This document shows, in pieces, positions 38,285-50,629 of a stretch of 64,000 nucleotides of DNA. The translations under genes were made by a program, and so were the position numbers. The notes under the pieces were generated by a model, which was not told where the DNA came from, ran no database searches, and was given only the letters and a program-made list of their open reading frames with translations. The stretch comes from Microbotryum violaceum (taxonomy: Eukaryota): contig CDLV01000012.1 of assembly GCA_001244265.2 (NCBI GenBank), forward strand, positions 62,001-126,000, given 5' to 3'. The first letter of the stretch is position 1; each line of letters begins with the position of its first letter.

Positions 38285-39030
38285 AGGACGAGTAAGGCTC
38301 TATTACTCGGCGCCTGGAGAAGGGTACTTGCCGGATATGTAGGTTGTGTAGGGGACGGAGACCCTTGAGTTTTCATCTGGGGGAGGTTTAAGGTATGGGA
38401 TCCCCGACGGTATGAAGGGTTTAGACTTGTCTTGACGAACTTTTATTTATATTATTGACTGCAAAAAATATGTGAAGATCGGTCACTTACAAGATGCCAC
38501 CACTCGCAATGAATGAATTCCTTTCGCGGCATTCATTGCCAAACGTGAGCTATCTTGGGCACAGAGTTTCCTATCCTGATCAAGGAGAGATTCTGAGCTT
38601 CTGAGCTCACGCTGCATGTCCTCGATCACCTTTTGAAGGGAGGTCGATAGTAGCATTTTGCAGTAAACACAGTCGTCTTCATCTGGTGACAGAAATTGTG
38701 GTAGGTAGTAGTGTGTTTTTCTGGATGCGAACCAAATATGATCGAGGAGAAAATGGGGAATGGGCAGTCCGCTTGAACTTGATAAGCCCCGCATTGACGC
38801 TCTCGGAGCAGTCGAGCACGTACGCGGCTCGTAATCAGCGCCTCTCCGCTTCAAGTTCCGCCAACATCTGCAGTGGATCGTGCAAGCAATCCCACCAGAC
38901 CAGAACACGCCCAGTGTCCTCACTGGCTTACATCCGCCTCGTACCGAAAGCGACGACCCTGCACGTTCTTCACCCCGACGTCGCACGACTTGCAACGCCT
39001 GACTCGAGCTTAGCAGCGCAGTTGCCCCAC

Positions 39031-41866
39031 ATGACCGCCTCACCGACGACGATCAAGTTGCCTTCGAACGCGGCGCACCCGTTGCGCACGCAGCTCTTTA
39101 TCAACAACGAATGGGTTGACAGTCTTTCATCGCAAACGTTCTCCATCGTCAACCCAGCGACCGCCCAAGAGATTGCCCAAGTCTCGTCCGCTCAAAAGGA
39201 GGACGTCGACCTCGCCGTCCAAGCGGCACGCAAGGCCTTCAAGACGACCTGGGGGAAGAACTGTTTGCCAGGCGAGAGGACGCGTTTACTGAACAAGTTG
39301 GCCGATCTGATCGAAAGGGATGCGCAGCTCTTGGGCGAGTTGGAGAGCGTCAACGGTGGGAAAGGTGTCAGGGTCGCGAGGGACTTTGACATTGGCGATT
39401 CGGTCGCTTGCTTGAGGTACTACGCTGGATGGACGGATAAGGTTGGTTACTACTAGGTCGCTTTGCTCTTTGAGTGTTCGAAAATTTGGCCTCGCAGCAC
39501 GCTTTAATGATACATCTCTGTTTGCTTAGATCGCGGGCGAGACGATCGAAGTGGCGCCGAGCAAAGTCGTCTACACCACCGCCGATCCCATCGGTGTCTG
39601 CGGACAGATCATCCCGTGGAACTGTGAGTCTGAGCTCAGCGAGTCTTTGCATAAAATGGCTTGCTTACCCTCGCATTGCTTGTCGATCGATCACGCTAGA
39701 CCCTATCATGATGTGAGAACCTCCTGCGCGTCGAATGTCTCGGAAAGTCCCAGGTAGATTAAACATTGCCATCTCCACCCTGCGCAGGTGGGCTTGGAAG
39801 GTCGGACCTGCACTCGCCGCGGGCTGCACGATCGTCATGAAACCTTCCGAGTTGACTCCCTTGACGGCCCTAGCGATCTGTGATCTCATAGTCGAAGCAG
39901 GCTTCCCCGCTGGTGTGGTCAACTGTGTTCCTGGACTCGGTGCCAGCGCTGGTGCGGCGATCGCAAACCACATGGACATCGACAAAATCGCCTTCACTGG
40001 TTCGGTCCAAACGGGACGCACGATCATGGCAGCAGCGGCCCTCTCGAACTTGAAGAAGGTGACTCTAGAGTTGGGAGGCAAGTCACCGAACATCATCTTC
40101 TCCTCTGCCGATCTGCAGCAAGCCGCGAACTGGTCCGCAATGGGTGTGTTTTATAACTCGGGTCAAGACTGCTGCGCCGGCACGCGTCTCTATGTCCAAG
40201 AAGACATCTACGATGAGTTCATGGAGATCCTTGTCAAAAAGGCTCGAGCGTGCGCGATTGGGGATCCTCTCGACGAGACGACCAGCTTTGGTCCGCTCAT
40301 CTCGGCGGCCCAACGCGACAAGGTTCTTAAGTACATCGAGTCCGGTGTCGAGGAAGGCGCCAAGATTGCCACGGGTGGACAAAGATGGCCCCAGAGCCAA
40401 GGGTTCTACGTCGAGCCGACCATCCTGACCGAGTGTAGGCCAAGCATGAAGGTCGTCAGGGAGGAGGTAAGTTGTGGAGACAACTGCTCTTATCTCACCC
40501 GCCCCAACTTCGCAACCGAACTGCGCTACTCCGCCGAGATGGGCGCAGCTCTCTGACTTAGAATTCTCTCTTTTTTCTTCCTCTTTCTTCAATCTGCATC
40601 CCCCTTCTCGTTGTTGTTTTCATTCATCGATGTAGATCTTTGGTCCTGTCCTCCTCGTCAGCAAATTCAAAACCGAGGAGGAGGCCCTCGAGCTCGCAAA
40701 CGACAGCGTGTACGGCCTTGGGGCGGCGGTGTTCACTAGTAAGTTGGCTCTCCGCCACCACGTGCTTTCCACCTGTCGAAGGGGTATATACGGGAAACTG
40801 GCGCTTTGTATGTGCTCTTTGCTGCACCGGCCAAATTTGGGCGGCAAGCCATTGTCATCGTCACGTTTCCACAACCCCGAGGACGTTGGGGCTCATGATT
40901 CTCGGCGTTTCACCCCCTAGCCGCCTTCAGTCTCGGTTTCGGGAAAAAAGAGGCGGATTCGGTGCATCGCTCACGTGTCGCTATCCGCCGAATTGTGCAG
41001 ACGACGCTAAACAATCGATGCGAGTGGCCCACAAACTAGAAGCGGGCACCGTGTGGTGCAATCTCTATGGACTTCTCAGTGAGTACTGTCGGCCTAGTGG
41101 CGAGATCGATCTCACGGGTTGCCAAGGCGGGACGTGAGCCTCGGCAAAACGAGCCTGGGTGCGCGTAATTCAGCCGGGGAACTTTTGAGGTATAAGCACT
41201 TCAGCCGCAGCCGCCGCGACAGGGGCTGGGGCAGGACTTTTGCGCACGAGCCCCCGTCTCACTCGCAGGACGCGACGAACGTTTCCGGCTCAGACAGATT
41301 TCCGGTCCGAGAATCGGAGATTTGTTGTCGCATTTGGGGCTAACCTATCCGTGCCGTTTGTCAAGATTCGAACGTACCCTTTGGAGGATACAAGATGAGC
41401 GGCATTGGGCGAGAGCTTGGATCTGCCGGCGTCAAGGAATATTGCAGTGAGTGACCCATATTTTGCCGCTCTGGTTCGAGCTCCTGGTGCGAGAGCATCG
41501 GCAGCGGCATCGGCAGCGGCTTCGTCGGCGACTCGGCGGCGGCAGTTCACATGTCCAAGCTCGACCATCAAGCGCTCGGATTGGCGCTGCTTGTTCGGGC
41601 TCTACTTAATTAGCCTCCCGTTCTCCAGTTCGGATGTTGATCACTTGCGAGACTTGGACGCTAGCTTTTGTTCCTGTGCCTGACCCGCTTTGCTTGAGCA
41701 CTTTTCTTTTCCCTTAGTCATCAGAAGTATCCATCATAACATCAGCGAAGAGATGGTGAGTAATGTTTTTGGGATTTTTGGACACCCCGGCGCGCGCACT
41801 ATTCGGTCGGATGATATGTCTGACGCATGGACATCTCTCGTCTTCGTGCAGCCATGGCCTGTCTAA
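39031..41866 (+). CDS. NAD(P)-dependent aldehyde dehydrogenase
   Basis: Motifs [19 protein letters not shown] (13-nt exon 39700-39712), [62 protein letters not shown]. Ends EEM|PWPV*. Confidence 0.95.
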
Positions 41867-42530
41867 ACGGTGGCGGCTCGCGTCCGCTTTGAAAGTTCTG
41901 GCCTTGTCTAAAGTCGGACCTCTTCCGCGGTGTCCTTCCATGTCTGAGATGCCTAGTACTGTCGGTCGGGGTTTAATTGAGCTTTTGCTAAGAGCTGCTT
42001 CGAATCGCTAAGCGCTCGATGACGTAGTATCGCGATCATACCAAGCCCTTGATGCAACTGGCAACCCCAGCGTAAGCCTATTACCCGAAAGCCTAGCTCG
42101 TCTAGATCTATCTCTCGCCGCGAGGAGAAGCTGATCCGGAGAGACAAGCGGTCCGTGTTTGTGTGTGTGCGCGCGAGGCTTGGCTGTATGCCCCGAGCGC
42201 ACCCACCTTGCCCCTTATGGCCGTAGCACGCTCCTGGCTTGTTCGGACTCTAGCCAGAAGCTGAAACCTCGTGCTACCGGCGCTAAACTGCGCGATCAAT
42301 GATCAGCGGCATCGGCGACGTGAGAGGCTCTCAGGGATCTTTCCCCGGGGAAGCGCGGATAGGAGCGTCACCTTGCCACGGCCTTGCCTACGTAGTGGGC
42401 TTTCGTCTCTCGTGGAGTGCTCGAGAGAGATTTTCCTCTCTTCCTCTCGCATTGCCCTCCTCGACCCACCCTTGCTCTGCTGCCAGTACACATTGCGTGC
42501 CACGCCAAATCCACCCCCCCCCCCCCCACG

Positions 42531-44031
42531 ATGGCCCAAGTCCTAATCCAGCCCTCGGCTCCTGGCCGCATGAAACCTCGGTTGCCTTCCCTCAGCGAGG
42601 CAGGACTCGACCGCTTCATCTTCGGCTGCGCTGCGAGCGATGACCCCAGCACAACGATGCGCCCTACTGCCCCTCCAAAGCTCGTGTTCTTGTCGACCTT
42701 GACGAAAACCCATCCCGGAGCTACAGGTTTTTCCTCTACTTCAACTCCATTCCTTGGGCCGCCCGCTACAAATCCTCTACGCGCTCAGGCTCAGGGACCA
42801 GCTCGAGATTCATTCAGCGGCGAAGCAGGTGCCCCACTTCAACTTCGGCCGTCAGCCCCGCCTCCGCCGTCGTGCCGCTCTCCGCTTACCTCACCGCAGT
42901 CCTCCGCTTGCTCAAGCCGGTCCGAATGTTCACCAGCACCGACATCCGCATCGCAAGACCGATCGACAGAGCCTCGTTCGTCTGGCATGCGGGCATTCCG
43001 AGCGTGCGCTCCCTGTCGGGTAAGGAATCTCTTCCTCGTGTTCCCTCATCTCGTTTCACATGCGCCGCGGGATTTAGGAGAAGTGCGCGGCGCCTGCTTT
43101 CCCGATACGCGGAGTACACCTGGGGCGAGTTCCGGATGTTGCCTTCAGCGGGGCATTACGGTCAGCTAGTACCGCACTGCCCTCGTCAATGTCGTCATAG
43201 CCTTACTGCCCTATCGCCGAGTGGCTAGCCCTTCGAGTCGTCAACACCTACGTCACCGTTGCCAGTTTATGGAGCTATGTACCCCCCTTCCTCCAATCCC
43301 ACCCTCCACTTGACCGATGGCTAGGGTAGAAGGGGTAGGCAACCCTACCTTTGTGACCCGGCAACGTATTCCCTCGTATCTGTCGAAGAACGTCGCTGAG
43401 CACTCCACCACCCCGTGGCTCCGTCAGCGCACGGTCCAGAGGGGCTCAAGCTCCGGAGAGCTCCCAAGCGCGCCATCTCGGCTCAGTCTCCGGTTCGGTC
43501 GACATCTCAGGGATTCGGGAAAACGTGATTTTACTTGCTCGACGCTAACAAAGTGTGGTCTCTTTCTTTTTCTCGTCCCACTCGATGAACGGTTCAGGCG
43601 GCCCACACCGCATGTGATCATGAGCGCCCCTGTCGGCGATGTCGCGTCAGGCAGACGCCGGACAGTTGCGTCGATCTCGTGGTAGGTGTCGGGTCGGTCT
43701 CAGTCTCTGTCTCGCGGCGGGAAGCCGCCTCCACAATGTCTTACCACGACGTCATCTGACGTTGGTTCCCGACACCTTTCTCGTCTCGAAATTTATATTC
43801 CCCCCACCACTCGTGTTCAACCCTGTTCACCCGTTCTACTCTTCCGTTCGCCGGATCTAGACGCCGTACCAACAGTACCTCGTCAAGCGCCGTGCGCCAC
43901 ACGCCTGCTCGTCCCGAAGGACGACTGACCGACGCCAGCACGACGACGATTCCTCCCTCGAACTATTGACAAGGAAAACCTCCTACGGACACTTCTTCTT
44001 ACCTCTCCACTTTCTACACTACTCTACATAG
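42531..44031 (+). CDS. Short Zn(II)2Cys6 transcription-factor-like protein (Ert1/Rds2-type cluster)
   Basis: Exon 42531-43019 (...RAFRACAPCR) joined to exon 43598-43681 (AAHTACDHERPCRRCRVRQTPDSCVDLV) restores all six Cys. The last exon 43861-44031 is tentative. Confidence 0.75.
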
Positions 44032-44607
44032 ACACTTTTCTCTTGCAAATTGGGCCCACGTTAGACTTTTTTCTTTCTCCATAGCCCTCAACTTCTTTGT
44101 ATGCTCCCTCACCCCTTCACCCCATCTCTAGTCTTGATAAACACTTTCGAACAATGAGTGACTTTTCTTGTCCCCCCCCCCTGCCTAGACATACCTCATT
44201 TCTTCGCCCTCTCGTACTGTAATGATCGGCCTTCTCTCTCTAGGGACCCCTTTTCGGAAATTTGCACTCTTCCTTTCTTGGGAAAGATGAAAATCCCGTG
44301 GCCTCTCTACGTGCGATTCACCTGGTCCTGAGAGGGAACTGAAGTGCAAAGTGATACGAATTGCGGTCTACCGCGCCCCACGCCGAAATCGAGGTCCTGT
44401 AGTCTTGGTCTCGGGTTCTCTCGTGAGAGCGATGAGCGTTCTGACTGATATCATTCGTGTGATGACGAATTTCAATTTTTGCTGTCTACCCTTCTGCTTC
44501 CAAACAAAAAAGAACAAAACCAGATACACAATGGCGGGAGCACGAGGCATGAAAGAGGAAGGAGGATCCCCCTTCCCCCCCCCCCCTCCGTCACGTCACT
44601 CCTCGTC

Positions 44608-47600
44608 CTAGGCTTGTACTGTCCTCCCCAAAGTCCCTGTTTGGAACTGCCTCGAAGCGCCGCCACGACCACCACCTCGCGAACCCCTTCCACGTCCGCC
44701 ACCACCTCCGCCTCGCCTCGGTCGAGTATCATTCCCTTCAGTCCGTTCGGCCCTAACTCCATCCGCACGTGATTCTCCACTCTGCAACTTGGAATCGAGA
44801 TAACGTTCCGAATTATCGGCCATCTGACTAGCCTTATCAGCCAACTGTAACGCTAATCTTTGTAAAGCCGTAACCTCGGTCGATTGCAAGACGACGACGC
44901 GTGAAACTTGATCGAGCGAGGCGTCCAATTCCTCGTTCCAAATCATCTTGCTCACCAACGAAGTCGCCGTCGCCAAAGGTAATTCGAAAGTCGAAGCAAG
45001 TTGTTCCAACGACAAGGTAGAGTAAAAAGGTGCGTAGGTGAACACGTACGTACGAAGACCTTCTTCTTGAATCTTGCGTTTCAACATTTCTTTGACCTTG
45101 CGTTCGGAAGGCATCAGGTTCCATACTTTGATCGAGTGGATCAAGTCGACGCAACGTTGCCAGTCGCCCTGTTGCAAAGCCTTGGTCGCTTGCATGACGT
45201 GATCGCGCTTGTTCTCGGGAGGACCGGTGAACGCCTGTCGGTTCGCGTAATCGAGCATACGGCGGAACGTGCGCGAAACGACGCGCTTACGCATCTCGGG
45301 ATCGTTACCGGCTTGAGCCATGAGGGGTACCTCGAGCAACATTGACGCAACGAGGTACGCGCATTCGAGCAATTCCAAGTTGATGTGCATGTGGAACGGC
45401 AATTGACGTTGACGTTCAAGTTTGTCCTGTTCGGGCGTGAGCACCGAATAACGTTGCGCCTGTACGCCCTGCGCGAGCAACTCCTTGACGCGTTGCGTCG
45501 CGAAGATCTCTTGCAATGTCGATTGCGATTCGCGGATCAGGCCCAGACGGAACGCGCACAAGCCGACCTGGACGACGGTGCGGTTGTAGAGGATCTGCGT
45601 GCCAACGTCGGCCGAGCCAACGGTGTCTTGCAGATGCGACATCAACAGCATGTCGCGAGCGGTGTGGTATTGATCATGCAGGGCGTGGTGATAGATGTGG
45701 CACAACATGGCGCGCGTGCGCAAAAGCGAGTTCTCCGTCTTGTAGAGGTGGATGCACAAAGCGCGCACGAGCGCTACAGCCGAGAAAGAGGAAGCACCGG
45801 ACGAGGACGCCGCCGTGGACCAGATCTTGGACTGGCTCGACAGCGCGGGCAAGGTGCTCTCGAGCGCCTGCGCGACAACGTCGGGCTTGCAGTAGACGTG
45901 CTCGAGACGACGGGTGACGACGCGGTCGAGATGCTCGATCAAGCGCGTTTGCTCGTAGTAGACCTGCGCTTTGACGATCGTCTCGTAGATCGCTCGCTCG
46001 TCCTTGAGGCGCTCGATGTATTCGCTCGTGTGCGGGTCGATGTGCTGCAGACTCCTCGTGAACTCGTCGTCAAGGCGATCGACAAGGGAGATGACGGAAC
46101 CGCGAACGATGATGGTCGGCTCGGAAGCCGACGGGGCTCGCTCAACCTGGTCGTCGTAGTCGGGGGCATCCTCGGCAACGACGTGGTCGCGCTGTTGGAC
46201 GAGGATGTCCAGCAGAGAGTCGAGGTGGGTGCGGGCCGCGGACCAGGCGTCGAGGGGCATGTGGGTGTTGGTCGAAGGGTTGTAGTCGAGGAGGGCCGAG
46301 ATCAGGGCGAGCAGGACGCGAATCTTTTGGTATGGCGAAACGGCGACGGCGAGCAGGCGATCCAATATCTTGCTCTGCTCGGTGCGGTCCGTGTTCTTGC
46401 GCCCTCGCGCCTCCATGACCTGGGAGAGAGCCTTGTAGATGCCCTCAGAGGTGACATTGATGGTCTTGCCCTTGCTGCCGACGGTCTGGAAGTCGTCGTC
46501 GGCCTCTTCGTCGACGGCCTGAGTCGCCTTCTTGGCCTTTTTGGGCACGGCGGCCGCGGCGGGTTGGTCCTCGAGCGCGGCGGCCTTTTCGAACGCGTCG
46601 GGGTCCTCCTTGTACTTTTTGATGGTCTCGTCGTGTTCGCGTTGCGTCTTTTTGAGTTTTTGCTTCATCGAGTTGAGCGCCTTGGCGTTGGTCGCGTTCA
46701 TCTTCTTCTTGGCGCCTTGAGCGGACGCGAGGTGGTCATCGAGCGAGACGAGGGCCTTGATGAAACCTGAGGGGACGGGTTCGGCGACATTGGCCTGACG
46801 CGAGACGAGTCGGACCAGCTTGTCAAACTCTGCAAAAAAGAGCGAACCGATGGTTAGTACGATAGCAAAAGGGATGCACATAAGAGCAGAGGGGAAACGC
46901 ACGATCCGAGATGGCGGACCAATCGTTGATGCGAGCGGCGTTCTCGATCGCCTTGACGCACGACTCGACCTCGTCGGCCCTCTTGCTCTTGGCCGATTTG
47001 ACGACCTTGGTCCTCTCGTCGTCTGAATCCGAGTCGTCGCTCGCCGCGCCCTTCAAGAACCTCGAACCAATTGGTTTCTTAGCTGCGGCCTTGTCGTCGT
47101 CGGATCCGTCTTGGTCCGAATCGTCATCATCGTCATCGTCCGAACCGGAATCGTCCGAGTCGTCGCCGGTCGATTTGAGGAATCGGGATCCTTTAGGTTT
47201 GCTCAAAGCGGTCTTGCCCTCGAGTCCGGAATCGTCGCCAGAGTCATCGGAGAGCAATTCTTCTTCTTCGTCCGAGGACGAGTCCGAGCTGTCGCTGACG
47301 GAGCGAAAGAAGGAGGACACTGGGCAGGGGACAAGGGGGATGGGGTCAGTGAATGGATCAAAGTCTGATTTTTGTGGAAAAAAAAAAAAAAAAAAAAAAA
47401 AAAAGGTCTGTTGCTGTGGAAGGTGATAGTCGTTCGATGGTCGACCCCCGAGCCTTTCTCTCCCCTCTTTCCGCTGACACTACGCAGAGGCGCGTGGCGA
47501 CGATCGCGAGGCGACTCGAGGGGTGATGAGTGCATACACGCGCTACATCGACGCCGTTGCCGTTCGCCTCACTGCGTGCAAATGGGGTTTACGGGCAGAG

Positions 47601-47853
47601 CGTGGCGAGATGGCGAGTCTGGTTTTTGGGTGGTTCAGTCGGGTGGTCGGTTCGGTGTGGTCGTGTTATAGGCGCCCTTGCGGTTTTTCTCCCGAAGCGG
47701 CTGGGCAGCGAGGCGAGGCTGGGGCGAGGCGGGTACTGGAGGGGAGAGGGGGCGACTTGGCGTGGGAGCAAGAGCACAACCTCGACGGCCGTTCGCGCCC
47801 GGTCACGATGGACGTACAGTCACCGATGCGAGCTGTAGGGTAGTGTACTTACT
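44608..47853 (-). CDS. NIP1: Translation initiation factor eIF3 subunit c
   Basis: N-terminal (M)SSFFRSVSDSSDSSSDEEE, NAKALNSMKQKLKK, EARGRKNTDR, QILYNRTVVQVGLCAFR, LPFHMHINLELLE and a PCI domain. The ATG is split as A(47853)|TG(47319-47318). Confidence 0.95.
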
Positions 47854-48152
47854 GCTTGGGCGTAGGTTTTGGTACGTGCTCCCAAGGGTTTGATCAAAGC
47901 GGAGAACGGATCACAAAAGCATCCACTTCTCACCTTCGCTGGCGTGGCCGGTCGCCCCTCGCGCGCGTGGGAAAAACGACGCTTTCAATCGAGCCTGCGA
48001 AATCGGGAAAAGAGCAGTCCGGTTTTGTAATGGGGAATTGTCGCCCATTGGCGGGCGAAGGCAAGGCGCGCGCTGACTGGTTCGCCCCGTATAGCCAGCG
48101 TTCGATCGTTTGTCCTACACCTCCCACCCACTCCCTCCTCTCATCGGTCATC
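47854..48152. promoter_or_regulatory. Putative bidirectional promoter eIF3c / ATP5
   Basis: About 300 nt between the divergent first coding bases of two housekeeping genes. Confidence 0.55.
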
Positions 48153-49549
48153 ATGTTTGCGTGAGTTGAGCTGCACTCTTGACGAGATCGGTGCTACTTC
48201 TGGACGGTGGCCGCCTGTGGTTGTGGTACGATCATGCGAGCGCTCCGATGAGCCCCGACGCCCGCGGCAGCCCTCCACCGACCCACCACGCCCCGCCCCG
48301 TCAGAGAAGTTACGATGGATCGATCACAGATTGTATGGACCGCACACGATGTAGGAAAGAGAGGGAACGGGTTGCGCATAGACGGACTAGACGAGGAGGA
48401 GAAGGTCTCCCTCTCGGGCCGTCGACGACGCATCCACACTCGACTACGATACACCACCCACTGCAGCCACATCGTACTGGACATGAACTGACGTACGAGC
48501 TGTGTTGGACTGCACAGTCGCCAGGTCGCTCGTCAAGTGCGCACGTACGCCACCTCCGCATCCACGGTCAGTCGACGGCTGAGGCTCCCCTTTGGCTTCC
48601 CCCGTGCTCCGCTCAGCCGCCCAAGCCCAGGCCAACGACCACCACGCTCTTCCCCCCGAGATCCAATTCCGTGCTGACCCCGCTCTCTTTCCCTCATGAA
48701 TAGGCACCGCCAATCCAGCTTCATGGTCAGCCTGCCCCTGGAAACCATCTACTGTCTCGACTCGTTGCTGACGCTCTCATGTCGCTGCGCTCTCTCCACC
48801 CTGTTTGCGTCCCCCCCTTGCCAGGTCTTTCGGGCAAGTACGCCGGAGCTCTCTTCACCGCCGCGGCCAAGAAGGGGTCAGTTTTGGATGTCGTTCATTT
48901 CGAATCGTGGCCGAGGCTGATGGCTGTCCCAGTGACGTGCGCGACTCCCATTTCATCCCAACAGAGGCGACGCGTTGAAGAAGGTCCAAGGCGATCTCGA
49001 GGCCGTGCACAAGACCATCACCGCCGAGCCGATGATCCAAGACTTTCTCTCCAACCCAGTCCTTTCGTCCGCGGACAAGTCCAAGGGGATCGACGAGTTG
49101 CTCAACCGATCCAAGGCGACAGGTTCGGATCTGACCAAGAACTTTTTCGAGGTCTTGGCCGAGAACGGTCGTCTGTACCAAGCCGACAAGACGATCGCCG
49201 ACTTTTTGGAGATCATGTCGGCGCACCGTGGTGAGGTCAAGGTGACGATCACCACCGCGCAACCTTTGGAGAGGGACCTGCAGAAGCGCCTCGAGGACTC
49301 GTTGAAGCAGTCCTCGTTGGCCGGTTCGGGCAAGACGCTCGTGATCGAAAACAAGGTCAATGAGGCCGTCTTGGGCGGTTTGATTGTCGATTTTGATGGC
49401 AAGTCGGTCGACCTCTCGGTCGCGAGCAAGGTCAACAAATTGAACGCGACGTTGCAAGGTCAGTCCTGTCCCGTGCACCTTGGGTTGACCGGTCGTCCCA
49501 GTGATCTGACTCGAGAACCTCTTTATGAACTCGCCCAGAATCCGTCTAA
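48153..49549 (+). CDS. ATP5: Mitochondrial ATP synthase OSCP (subunit 5/delta)
   Basis: Spliced MF|ARQVARQVRTYATSAST|APPIQLH|GLSGKYAGALFTAA, NFFEVLAENGRL, AHRGEVKVTITTA and VLGGLIVDFDGKSVDLSVASKV...ESV*. Confidence 0.95.
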
Positions 49550-50629
49550 AAAAAGTTCAGGATATCAATGGTCGTGGAGAACATCAATCCAAGATATGAT
49601 GGTCGTTACCCCGCCGCAGAGTTTGTTAGAAGGCTCGTATGTTTTTGTGTTTTTCTCCGATCCCACTTTTTCTTTCTTTCTGTTTTGGACGGGAGTGAGA
49701 AATCAAAAAAAGACAGAACCCAAAGAAGCCCCAAGAGATGTGCACTGGATGAGAATGGTACGGCGTGCAGGTGATATTGAGCAGCACTCGGATGAGCTTG
49801 AGCCGTTTCTCCCGCGCGGGTCGCGTCCTCCCGTGTTGGCCCGCTCAGGCGCTGAGCTCTGAGCCCGCCCGAGCGTCAAAAGTCGCTCAACAAGCGCGCC
49901 TGAAGAAACGGCGCGAGAGAGCGCGAGAGCCTCACACGCAGCAGAGGCGCGGTAGTGAAAGTGACGGGTCTGCGTTTTGGTGACACAAGGAGGGGGTGCT
50001 ACAGGGAGATCGACCTACCCACCTACTCACTTCCTTCACTACCCCGTCCACGCTCTCTTTCACTCTCTTTCTGGGTGCGTTTCTCTTCGCGCCACCCCCC
50101 CCTTTACAAGCTTCGTTCGTCCAGGAGGTAGACAGTCAGCACGTGCCAGGCCGTCGTGACGGAACGCGCGGCTCGTGCGCGTTTGGGGGCGATCCGGACG
50201 ACGACCGACGATCCAACGAGTGGAGTCGTAGCCCAATACTGCTGAGTAGCTTCCCAACAGGGTCTAGTTTGTTGTGAGTGAATCACGGGTGATGCTCGAT
50301 GGTTTGCATCCTGGAGACAGACCGAGGGCCCTAGCGTTCGTCAACGGGTCTTGTCCTACCGCGTGATGTGGCCATATGTGATACACCGCCTACGACACGG
50401 CCGCATCGACGACGACAATGTAGACGCCTTGTTTGGCCCTTGGAGACGCGTTGGCGGCTGTCACGGGACGCACAGCATCGACTGTGCTCGACACAAAGTC
50501 GACTTGCCCCTATTTCGCACTCGCACTCGCGCAAACAACGACCTGCTCGGCACGATCTCCTGACTGGGCTCGGTCGCAGCATCGCACTGACAGCCCTACA
50601 CCCTCTTGGTCACCCCCAGTCCCTCCAAC

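Noticed and set aside
45385-46770. 461-aa plus-strand ORF
   Set aside because: Antisense shadow of the codon-biased eIF3c CDS.
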